NCBI GenBank assembly: GCA_964448615.1
Contig: CAYUWH010000001.1
Location: 54,146 to 103,401, forward strand
Reading direction: 5' to 3'
Source of the DNA: an uncultured Candidatus Peribacteria bacterium
Lineage (GTDB): Bacteria > Patescibacteriota > Gracilibacteria > Peribacterales > Peribacteraceae
DNA length: 49,256 nucleotides
The translations under genes and the position numbers were made by a program. A model generated the notes under the pieces. It was not told where the DNA came from. It saw only the letters and a list, made by a program, of their open reading frames with translations, and made no database searches. This document shows positions 21,339 through 29,776 of this stretch, piece by piece; the first letter of the stretch is position 1, and each line of letters starts with the position of its first letter.

Positions 21339-22493
21339 CTACGGCCGACAGGCCCCTTTCATTTTCCATCCTTCAAAAGGTGTCCACTGACATTTACTGT
21401 GCAATTCTTTTCCATGGATGATCCATTCTTTGTCCGGATCAATCTCAATACTCTCACCGCCTTCTTCGGGCATCGCTTTTCCTAGATTAAAAATACGATT
21501 GGGATTCGTGAAGCACAAACGCACAATGTCTTCATAGGAAAAATTCACCACAGGACGCGGCGAAGAGGGATGCGGCCAGCCACCGGCAGCAACCGTCAGC
21601 AAGAGCGGCAGCATCGTCTCGACGCCTGGCACGCCGCTCGGCGCCTTGAGCGGTTCGGGGTTCTGCTTTTCTTCGAACGTATGCGGTGCGTGATCGGTGG
21701 AGATGCAATCGACGGTACCATCGGCGATACCCTCCCACAGCGCTTCAAGATGATCACGGGAACGAATCGGCGGGTTCATTTTCATCAAGGTTCCAAGCGT
21801 TTCGTAATCATCCGTCGTGAGGAAGAGATGATGTGGCGTCACTTCACACGTCACGGAAATTCCTTTTGCCTTTGCACTGCGCACAAGCGCGATGCCGCCT
21901 TCGGTAGAAAGATGGGCAATGTGGAGATGCGTACCGTACTGCTCCGCCAAGCCGATTGCATATTCGATTGCGGTTACTTCGGAATGCGAGGGGCGCACGA
22001 GGGAATGCGCGGCGATATCCGTACGCGTGTTCTGCGCCGCGGCAGCACCGTTGATCTCAGGATCTTCGCAGTGCGCCACGAGAGTCACTCCGTATTCTTT
22101 GCATGCCTGGAAGATCTCCGGGACGATGCCGCCCTCCACTTTCTGATTCCCCGTCGAGTGATCGAGATAGAGCTTCACGCCGCAGCATCGCGCACGCAAG
22201 CGCTGCATTTCCGCACTGTCGCTCGCCATTAATTCACGAAACGCGGCGAGGTGGATCGCTTCGGTAATGCCGAAGAAAAAATGCAGATCACAATCGGTTA
22301 TGTCGTTTGCGCGTCGCACCTTATCCGCAAATGCCGCCACGGTGACCGTCGGGGGATTGGTGTTGGGCATCTCGCAGACCGTCAGCACTCCTCCGGCGCG
22401 CGCGGAAGCGGCCTCGGTTTGCATCGTCGCTTTATGTTCCAAGCCGGGTTCGCGGAAATGTACGTGACAGTCGATGAGGCCGGGGAATTTCAT
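21339..22493 (-). CDS. pyrC: dihydroorotase
   Basis: It has the motif DCHVHFREPG (HxH) and an amidohydrolase fold, and overlaps pyrB by 4 nt. The last 4 codons are read from an inserted repeat. Confidence 0.9.
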   Translation of the reverse strand: MKFPGLIDCHVHFREPGLEHKATMQTEAASARAGGVLTVCEMPNTNPPTVTVAAFADKVRRANDITDCDLHFFFGITEAIHLAAFRELMASDSAEMQRLRARCCGVKLYLDHSTGNQKVEGGIVPEIFQACKEYGVTLVAHCEDPEINGAAAAQNTRTDIAAHSLVRPSHSEVTAIEYAIGLAEQYGTHLHIAHLSTEGGIALVRSAKAKGISVTCEVTPHHLFLTTDDYETLGTLMKMNPPIRSRDHLEALWEGIADGTVDCISTDHAPHTFEEKQNPEPLKAPSGVPGVETMLPLLLTVAAGGWPHPSSPRPVVNFSYEDIVRLCFTNPNRIFNLGKAMPEEGGESIEIDPDKEWIIHGKELHSKCQWTPFEGWKMKGACRP

Positions 22494-23431
22494 GGGAGCA
22501 ACAGGGAGAGAAGCGCCATGCGCATGAGCACACCGTTACGAGCCTGACGGAAGTACGCGGCATTGGGCAGCACATCGACATCTTCCGCAATTTCTCCCAC
22601 GCGCGGCAACGGATCCATGATCAACACTTCTTTGCCCTTCAGCATGTCAGCCGTGACACGGTACGCTTTGCGGAATTGCTCGGCATCTTCCTCGGGTTTC
22701 AATCTCTCTTTCTGTAACCGATTCATGTAGAGCACATCTGCATCGAGGCCTTCTTGGAGATCGGCGGTCTCGGCGTATGCCACTCCCAACGCTTTCAGTT
22801 TCCCTAAGAAATCAGGCGCGGCACGCAGGCTTTCGGGACTGATAAACGTGAAGCGGTTCCCGGGATACATACTCAGCATCAGCGCGAGCGAGCGAATCGT
22901 TCGTGAGTGAAGTGGATCACAGGCGAATGCGACGTGCAGTTGTTCGAGTGTCCCACGTTCTTTGCGGATGGTATAGAGATCAAGAAGTGCTTGAGTCGGG
23001 TGTTCGTTTCCGCCATCTCCCGCATTGATGAACGGCACATCGGTGACGGACATCGCTCTGGCCGCCGAGCCTTGCTCGGGATGGCGCATGCAGATGATAT
23101 CGCTATAACCGCATGCCATGCGGATGGTGTCCTCGATCGATTCGCCTTTCGCGAGCGAGCTTGATTGCACACCATCAACCGTGATCACCTGCCCGCCGAG
23201 GCGTTGCATGGCGGACTCAAAACTGAGGCGCGTGCGGGTGCTCGGCTCAAAAAACAGGCTCGCCAAAATTTTTCCTTTTAATCGTTCGTCTCCTCCTTTT
23301 GCGAGCACCTTTTCCATCTCCGCCGCTTGCGAAAGCAGAAGATCGGCATCATTGCGGGACACCTGCGCGATCGACACGAGGGACGTAAACGAGAGAGACA
23401 TTAGCGGCATTGTAACGATCCTGGTCCGCAA
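22490..23431 (-). CDS. pyrB: aspartate carbamoyltransferase catalytic subunit
   Basis: It has the motifs FFEPSTRTRLSFE, HPTQALLD and PLPR. The start may be at 23401 or 23410 rather than 23431. Confidence 0.92.
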   Translation of the reverse strand: MRTRIVTMPLMSLSFTSLVSIAQVSRNDADLLLSQAAEMEKVLAKGGDERLKGKILASLFFEPSTRTRLSFESAMQRLGGQVITVDGVQSSSLAKGESIEDTIRMACGYSDIICMRHPEQGSAARAMSVTDVPFINAGDGGNEHPTQALLDLYTIRKERGTLEQLHVAFACDPLHSRTIRSLALMLSMYPGNRFTFISPESLRAAPDFLGKLKALGVAYAETADLQEGLDADVLYMNRLQKERLKPEEDAEQFRKAYRVTADMLKGKEVLIMDPLPRVGEIAEDVDVLPNAAYFRQARNGVLMRMALLSLLLP

Positions 23432-23442
23432 GTCATCATCAA

Positions 23443-24966
23443 ATGCGCTACACTCCTCTCATGTCGATCGGCCCTCGCCACCAGCCGTCAGAGGAAATAA
23501 ATCCAGCAAGAGGCTCCGGCCGACAGGCTAAGGCAATCGCAACATCAACGCTGTGGCAGATGGGCAGCCAGATCGTGATGGCGGCTCTCAGTATCATCAC
23601 GGTGAAGTTCGTGACGATGGGGCTCTCGATGGAGCTGGCGGGATACTACAACTCCGCATACGGGTATCTGCAGATCTTCGGCATTCTGGCGGATTTCGGA
23701 TTGTATGCCGTCGCCGTGAAAGAACTCTCTAAGAGCAAGGACAGGGAGCGCACACTTGGCACATTGCTGACGCTACGTTGCATCATTACGTTGCTGTCAC
23801 TGGGTGCCGCGGTCGTCATTGCGTGGATCATCCCGGCCTGGCAGGGCACACCGCTCCCGATGGGCATATTCATCGCGGCATTCGTGCCGTTCTTCACCTT
23901 GTTGGCAGGCATCATCCGCTCGGTTTTTCAGGTGGAATACCGGATGCACTTCGTCTTCATTGCGGAAGTCTTTCAGCGCATCGTCACCGTTTCGGCGATC
24001 GGGGTGTTGATTTGGATGGGAGTCCGCCAGAGCACGGACCCGATGATGTACGAACTCTTCTTGTTGATCGGCAGCATTGGCGCGTTGTTCCTATTTTTGG
24101 TGTCGCTCTTCTACGGCAACCGCCTGATTCCACTGCGGCCACACCTCGATCGCACACTGCTCAAAGAAATGCTGATCTCTGCCGCGCCCTATGGCATCGC
24201 GTTTTTCTGCACGACACTCTATCGCCAGTTCGATGTGACAATGATTGCGCTGCTCCGACCGGACTTCGCCGTGCAGAACGCCTATTACGGCTTCGTGCAG
24301 CGGATGATGGACATGGCGTATCTGCTCCCGACGTTTCTTCTGAATTCCACACTCCCGATTTTGAGTGAGCGTGATACGAAGGGGGAGGACACGCGCGGAC
24401 TGTTGGGAAAAACATTCTTCCTGATTCTCCTCATCGGCACGATCGCGCTGCTGTTCTCCGTACTCTGGAGCCGGCCGTTGATGCAACTGCTCACGAGTGA
24501 TGCGTATCTGAGCACGCCGGATCATCCCGGTGCCGACACTGCCCTGCGCCTGCTTTCCCTCTCAATGTTCTTCAACGGCATCATCCTCTTTGGCTTCTAC
24601 TCACTGCTCACGAAACACGTGTGGAAACCGCTGGTTGTCACGCTCGCGATCGGATCCATTCTCTCGTTGGTGCTGAACTTTTTGCTCATTCCAGAGCTCG
24701 GATTCGTCGGTGCTTCGTACACGTCAATTATCGTCCATGCACTGCTCGCGATCTTGCTTCTTCCCCAAAGTTTGAAGGTACTCCCTATGCGTCTTACCGG
24801 CATGCAGATCCGACAATGGCTTCTTTTTGGAGTCGGACTCGCCGCATTCTTAGTGGTCACCGCACCGTTCCTGACTTCTTCTCTCTACACCGCGCTTGGA
24901 TTAGTCGTGGCGATTCCGGTGATGGGGGGGATGGCGTGGGGGGTGGGGATACGGAAGAGCATGTAA
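23443..24966 (+). CDS. polysaccharide/lipid-linked oligosaccharide flippase, MOP superfamily (Wzx/MurJ-like)
   Basis: The protein is about 500 aa with 12-14 predicted TM helices and the typical N-terminal W..G.......I pattern. The start codon is uncertain. Confidence 0.75.
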   Translation: MRYTPLMSIGPRHQPSEEINPARGSGRQAKAIATSTLWQMGSQIVMAALSIITVKFVTMGLSMELAGYYNSAYGYLQIFGILADFGLYAVAVKELSKSKDRERTLGTLLTLRCIITLLSLGAAVVIAWIIPAWQGTPLPMGIFIAAFVPFFTLLAGIIRSVFQVEYRMHFVFIAEVFQRIVTVSAIGVLIWMGVRQSTDPMMYELFLLIGSIGALFLFLVSLFYGNRLIPLRPHLDRTLLKEMLISAAPYGIAFFCTTLYRQFDVTMIALLRPDFAVQNAYYGFVQRMMDMAYLLPTFLLNSTLPILSERDTKGEDTRGLLGKTFFLILLIGTIALLFSVLWSRPLMQLLTSDAYLSTPDHPGADTALRLLSLSMFFNGIILFGFYSLLTKHVWKPLVVTLAIGSILSLVLNFLLIPELGFVGASYTSIIVHALLAILLLPQSLKVLPMRLTGMQIRQWLLFGVGLAAFLVVTAPFLTSSLYTALGLVVAIPVMGGMAWGVGIRKSM

Positions 24967-24968
24967 AA

Positions 24969-25165
24969 CCCTCATCCACCGCTCTTTGCGGCACCTTCTC
25001 CCATACCCCTCATCCCCAACCCTTCTCCCTGGGGGAGAAGGGAGCACTATTATGAGAATTATAAGGTTTGGGAAAGCATTTCATTCAACAAGACGATACT
25101 GCTTATTGACGTCACCTTCTCCCGAAAACGGGAGAAGGTCCCGCCGCAGCGGGGGATGAGGGCGG
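24969..25165. mobile_element. gene-less (MITE-like) derivative of the DUF559 cassette, copy 2
   Basis: It shares the end modules CCCTCATCC...CACCTTCTCCC and CACCTTCTCCCGAAAACGGGAGAAGGTCCCGCCGCAGCGGGGGATGAGGGCGG. The core is homologous to 45241-45383. Confidence 0.7.
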
Positions 25166-25219
25166 TTGCCTCAAACACCCAAACGTGCTACAATAAGAAG
25201 AAACTTTCACACAAACACC

Positions 25220-26488
25220 ATGAGACCTTCACGTATGGCCATCTCACTTGTCCTGGCAATTATCCCTCTCGGCGTTGCACTCGCAGCACCGGGTAATGTG
25301 ACGGGCATCAAAGGGGAGCTGCTCAATGGCAAGGTGCACGTAAGCTGGCAGAAGCCGGCGGGGGAGGAACCCGTTTCGTATCGCATTTTCTATTCTCGCG
25401 CGTCGATTTTGGAACAAAACGGTCTGTACGATGATTTTGAAACTGTCCCGGCCTCCTCAACCGAATTCACGTTTGCATCATTGCCCTATACGACGCCGGC
25501 ATTGTACGTATCCGTGTTAGCCGTGGATGATAAAGGAGAGGAGAGCCCGCTCTTTATGGAAGAAACGCGCATCAGCATTGATGGCAGCGCCGCGCCTGCG
25601 CCGTCGTCTTCACAGACCGCATCCTCAGTCGCGCAGCAAGAAACGTCTTCATCGCCCGCCATGGGGAACGGCGTTGTACGCTTGCTCACGGCAAAAGCAG
25701 TTTCCGCCACGGGCGTCCTGCTTACCTTCTCACATGATACGGAAGTGGACCCATCCAACGCAGCCGAGGCATTCGTCATCCGCGATGCCAGCGGCTCAAC
25801 ACTGCGCATTGTGCGCATGGTGATTCTCGGCACGGGCGTCACGCTCCATACGACGATGCAGGAACAAGGACGCGTCTACCGCCTTGAGGCATCGGCCTCT
25901 GCAGTGATGGGCAAAGATGCGGAAGGAAAGACGTTGCCACTCGATCCTCTGCAGGAACAGGTGCTCTTCAGCGGTCATGAAACCGGCGCGCCGTTCGGAT
26001 CGCTTTCCTCTTCGCAGCCGACAGTATCGTCCTCGGTGCCCAGTGCCGCTGCACAGGATGTGTACGGCCTGAATGTGCGTGGAGTCCCGATGGGCGCTAC
26101 GTATAGGGTGGAAGCGACCTGGCAGCCCTCCGATGCCGACGTGCGTGAATACCACGTGTCGCAAACCCGTGACGGCGGACGCACCTACAGCGATCCGCAG
26201 ATCGTCGCGCCTTCCGTCACCGCCATCAAGATTTCTAATGTTCCGAGCGGGTCCTTTGGATTGAAGGTCCAGGCGATGCTCTTCGACGGCATGATGTCTC
26301 GCGGCGTTGCCCAGAACATCACTCTGCCACAGTTGGAGAACGATCCTCCCCGCATTATCGGGCCGATCCAAGCTCCGGGAAAGGACGACGAACTCCCGCA
26401 AACGGGTCTCGCTCTCTTGCTCCCGATGCTAGCTGCGGGTGCGGGCGCCGGCTTGCGCATCGCAAAACAGAGGAAACAGAGAGCCTAA
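25220..26488 (+). CDS. LPXTG-anchored surface protein with FN3-like domains
   Basis: It has a signal peptide (MRPSRMAISLVLAIIPLGVALA). The C-terminal sorting signal is LPQTG, then a hydrophobic stretch, then a basic tail RIAKQRKQRA. The ORF-track start at 25166 lies inside the repeat. Confidence 0.8.
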   Translation: MRPSRMAISLVLAIIPLGVALAAPGNVTGIKGELLNGKVHVSWQKPAGEEPVSYRIFYSRASILEQNGLYDDFETVPASSTEFTFASLPYTTPALYVSVLAVDDKGEESPLFMEETRISIDGSAAPAPSSSQTASSVAQQETSSSPAMGNGVVRLLTAKAVSATGVLLTFSHDTEVDPSNAAEAFVIRDASGSTLRIVRMVILGTGVTLHTTMQEQGRVYRLEASASAVMGKDAEGKTLPLDPLQEQVLFSGHETGAPFGSLSSSQPTVSSSVPSAAAQDVYGLNVRGVPMGATYRVEATWQPSDADVREYHVSQTRDGGRTYSDPQIVAPSVTAIKISNVPSGSFGLKVQAMLFDGMMSRGVAQNITLPQLENDPPRIIGPIQAPGKDDELPQTGLALLLPMLAAGAGAGLRIAKQRKQRA

Positions 26489-26505
26489 GACGCTAAGATG
26501 GTCTT

Positions 26506-27366
26506 GTGACATCTTCGTCAAATCGATGGTTGTTTGTCCTTGCGCTGCTCGTGCTTGTGCTCGGGGTTTTTGTGGCATGGCGCGAGTACCGGCTTGCAAA
26601 TCCGGGTGCACTGGAAGTGCATGTATTGGATGTCGGCCAAGGCGACAGTATTTTCATGGTCAGCCCCACAGGCAAGCAAGTGCTGATCGACGGCGGCCCG
26701 AATCTCGCCACGCTCAGGGGACTCGGAAAGTACATGCCCTTCTTTGACCGTTCGATCGATCTGCTGGTGCTCAGTCATCCGGACCTCGATCACATCGCCT
26801 CCTTTCCGGAGGTACTGCGGCGGTATCAGGTGAAGTCCGTGCTTATGACGGGCATCGATACCTCTTCGTCGCGGTATCAGGAATTTCTCTCGCTGCTGCC
26901 GCGCGAGAACGCGCAGATTTTACTGAGCGACAAAACCGATACGATCGACTTGGGCGACGGCGTAAAGCTCTCGGTGTTGTGGCCGAAAGAATCTCTCTAC
27001 AACGTGCGCCCGAAGAGTCCCAATAATACCTCGATTCTGCTGCGTGCGACCTTCGGCAGTTCTTCTTTGCTCTTTACGGGGGATATGGAACTGCCCGAGG
27101 AGAATGCCATCGTGAAAGCCGGCATTGATCTTAATGCTGATATCCTGAAAATCGCGCATCATGGGAGCAAGACCTCCACTTCAACCGGCTTTCTGTTGAA
27201 GGTAAATCCTTCGCTCGCCATCATCTCTGTCAGCGCTACCAACACGTACGGACATCCTCATCCCATCGTCATGAATCGCCTCCGTCACTTTGGGATTCCC
27301 GTGAGAATGACTTCGCAGGAAGGGGATATTAATTTAACATTCACTCAATCTCATATAGGTAATTGA
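26506..27366 (+). CDS. ComEC/Rec2-related metallo-beta-lactamase domain protein (no channel domain)
   Basis: It has an N-terminal TM helix followed by HVLDVGQGDS...VLSHPDLDHI...KIAHHGS. The start codon is GTG. Confidence 0.85.
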   Translation: MTSSSNRWLFVLALLVLVLGVFVAWREYRLANPGALEVHVLDVGQGDSIFMVSPTGKQVLIDGGPNLATLRGLGKYMPFFDRSIDLLVLSHPDLDHIASFPEVLRRYQVKSVLMTGIDTSSSRYQEFLSLLPRENAQILLSDKTDTIDLGDGVKLSVLWPKESLYNVRPKSPNNTSILLRATFGSSSLLFTGDMELPEENAIVKAGIDLNADILKIAHHGSKTSTSTGFLLKVNPSLAIISVSATNTYGHPHPIVMNRLRHFGIPVRMTSQEGDINLTFTQSHIGN

Positions 27367-27847
27367 ACATTGTAGTCACATGTTTGCGAACATCAGAAAA
27401 ATCACTTTTGTTCCACTTGGATCTATCTCCAATAATGCTTGCTAAATTATAAAGAAATAATGCATGTGGCTCCTGAATATTTCCATTATTTTCCCAGTTA
27501 TGAAGAGGAAATGTGACCTCAAGAATTTTTTGATATCCTTTTTCTGTCCAATTCAAAATTTTGATGTCATTTTTTGCCAGAAATAACATAAGCGTAGTAA
27601 TTGCTAATCTTTTATTACCATTATGAAAATATTGAGATCCAGCAATACTAGTAATGAGATATGATGCTTTTTCAAAGAAAGTTGAATAGTATTCATCTTG
27701 CTGCGCAAAGCATAAAACTTTTTCTAGCTCTGCTATACCTGATAATTCTGATAAATAATCAGCCGTTGGCTCATTTTCTGTAAGTGCATTTTTAATATAT
27801 GGAAATCCAATTAAAACAAAATCTTCCTTCGTTAAATATTTTATCAT
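27341..27847 (-). CDS. Doc/Fic-fold toxin-like protein with non-canonical active-site motif
   Basis: It aligns to the Doc core at SQYFHNGNKRLA; the Doc consensus is HxFx(D/N)(A/G)NKR. The gene is AT-rich and has an ATGA overlap with the upstream small ORF. Confidence 0.75.
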   Translation of the reverse strand: MIKYLTKEDFVLIGFPYIKNALTENEPTADYLSELSGIAELEKVLCFAQQDEYYSTFFEKASYLITSIAGSQYFHNGNKRLAITTLMLFLAKNDIKILNWTEKGYQKILEVTFPLHNWENNGNIQEPHALFLYNLASIIGDRSKWNKSDFSDVRKHVTTMFNYLYEIE

Positions 27848-28005
27848 TTTTTGGCTAACTCACGAATAAGAGCACGGTAGCTTTCATCCCATTTATTAAT
27901 ATCGCGAGGGACTTTTTTAAAGCCTTGATCTTTAACAATCGATCCGATTTTTTGATCGAGTGTCTGCTCTTTTTGGGCCTTGGATTTCCAAAACCATAAA
28001 TTCAT
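27844..28005 (-). CDS. putative antitoxin (53 aa)
   Basis: The small ORF is translationally coupled (ATGA) to the Doc-like gene. The start is chosen at the ATG at 28005; the longer 124-aa version runs into the divergent promoter. Confidence 0.5.
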   Translation of the reverse strand: MNLWFWKSKAQKEQTLDQKIGSIVKDQGFKKVPRDINKWDESYRALIRELAKK

Positions 28006-28116
28006 GAATCTATTATAAGAATGTACGTACAAAATACAAGAATTTGAGCTAATACCTCTATCTAAGCAATTTGTGCTCCCTTCGCTTCCCAAAGCCAAAT
28101 CCGCTATACTCCCCCC

Positions 28117-29430
28117 ATGCACGTCCTCCTCCTTGTAGCGGGCCAGTCGCAGCGGTTTTGGCCGCTGGCTGACAAATCGCAGTTTCCCGTTTGCGGGAAA
28201 CCGTTGATGCTGTGGCAACTAGAGAGATTGAAAGCCGCAGGATGCGACGATATAACGGTCGTCGCCGGTCCGCATAATTTGGAAAAGACCAAAGCACTTG
28301 TGCCGGACATGCAGGTCTTAATGCAAGAAGACATGTCTCTCGGCACGCGCGGCGCGCTCCTCAGTGCGCTTCCGCATATTCCAGAGGGGCCGGTCATGAT
28401 TGTGGCGGGGACGGACCTTGTGGAAACATCTGCGTATCAAGACGTGATCACTGCGTCCCGCAAGTCGGGCGTAGATGGCGCGATCTTGGGAAAGAAGATG
28501 GAAACCTATTTCCCGGGGGGCTACATGACGCTCGACGGAGAGCGTGTGATCGATATCAAAGAAAAACCGGGGAAGGGCAATGAGCCGAGCGAATTTGTAA
28601 ATATCGTGGTACATGTGCATAACGACCGCGATGCATTGTGGTCAACACTGAACAACATTGCGGATCTCAAAGGAGATGGCTACTCGCAAACTGAACAACA
28701 ACTCTTTACAAACAAGCACTACGTCGCCGTGCCCTGCACGGGTTCGTGGAAGTTTGTGAAGTATCCGTGGAACATGCTCGATGTGATGGAAGAATTGCTC
28801 AAAAATGTGAAGGAGCAAGTCATTCATCCCACTGCCAAAATTCACCCGACTGCCGTCATCGAAGGGCCAGTGCACATCGGCGAAGGCGCAGTGCTGTATC
28901 CGCACACCGTAGTGGTTGGGCCGGCGACCATTGGTAAGCATGTTGAGGTCCGTTACCACTCCACCATCCGCGGCGGCAGCATCGGCGATTACTGCGTGAT
29001 CGGCGGCCACTCGGAGGTGAAAGGATCGATCCTGCACTCACATGTGTGGACGCACCAGAATTACATCGGCGACTGTGTGATTGGGGAAAATGTGTCGTTC
29101 GGTTCCGGATTCGTCACAGGAAATCTTCGCCTTGATGAGCAAGAAGTGACATCGGTGGTGCGCCAAGAAAAAATCGGAACGGGCCGCCAGAAATTTGGGG
29201 CGGCGATCGGCAACGATGTGCGCATCGGTTTTCATTCCGGCACAAACCCCGGCGTGAAGATCGGCGGCGGCACCTTCATCGGCGCACATTGTTTTCTTCC
29301 GAACGACGTAGCCGACAAGAGTTTTGTCCGTCTCAAAGACGGGGAGTTATTCACATCGCAGAATACGAGCGACGTTCCAAAACCCTCGTTGCGCGACCAA
29401 CATCGCGGGGATTTAAAGCCAAAATCCTGA
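28117..29430 (+). CDS. sugar-phosphate nucleotidyltransferase with C-terminal left-handed beta-helix (GlmU/GCD1-like)
   Basis: The N-terminus LLVAGQSQRFWPL fits the NTP-transferase G-x-G-x-R type. Hexapeptide repeats occupy the C-terminal half. A -10 box TATACT ends 6 nt before the ATG. Confidence 0.85.
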   Translation: MHVLLLVAGQSQRFWPLADKSQFPVCGKPLMLWQLERLKAAGCDDITVVAGPHNLEKTKALVPDMQVLMQEDMSLGTRGALLSALPHIPEGPVMIVAGTDLVETSAYQDVITASRKSGVDGAILGKKMETYFPGGYMTLDGERVIDIKEKPGKGNEPSEFVNIVVHVHNDRDALWSTLNNIADLKGDGYSQTEQQLFTNKHYVAVPCTGSWKFVKYPWNMLDVMEELLKNVKEQVIHPTAKIHPTAVIEGPVHIGEGAVLYPHTVVVGPATIGKHVEVRYHSTIRGGSIGDYCVIGGHSEVKGSILHSHVWTHQNYIGDCVIGENVSFGSGFVTGNLRLDEQEVTSVVRQEKIGTGRQKFGAAIGNDVRIGFHSGTNPGVKIGGGTFIGAHCFLPNDVADKSFVRLKDGELFTSQNTSDVPKPSLRDQHRGDLKPKS

Positions 29431-29447
29431 AAGAGTGCGCACAAAAC

Positions 29448-29776
29448 TTATCCACAGAGCCTGTGGATAACTCTGGGAAACAGTTCCCCACATGTATGAG
29501 ATAGTTTTCCACGTTCTATTTGATAGTTGGCTAACAGAAGCCATTCTTTTAGCTTTTGCTTTGTGAAGCCATTCTTTCCCACTTCTCCACGAGTTATCCA
29601 CACCCCTCCCACATCATTCTTTTGCGCAAGATTATGCGTTTTGCAGAGAATTCTTTGTTTGAAGAAACTTTACAAGACTCTTCCACAGCATACACTGTGA
29701 ATTGTGTAGTGTTTGTAAAGCGTCATTATGATTACTAATTCAATAAATATATTTATTTATTTACTTATATAGAGTC
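29448..29776. promoter_or_regulatory. candidate oriC / DnaA-box cluster upstream of dnaN
   Basis: Three perfect DnaA boxes are present: TTATCCACA at 29448-56, its inverted copy TGTGGATAA at 29462-70, and TTATCCACA at 29594-602. Several 2-mismatch boxes occur as well. A 13-nt direct repeat GAAGCCATTCTTT lies at 29537 and 29565. An AT-rich tract spans 29733-29770. Confidence 0.6.
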
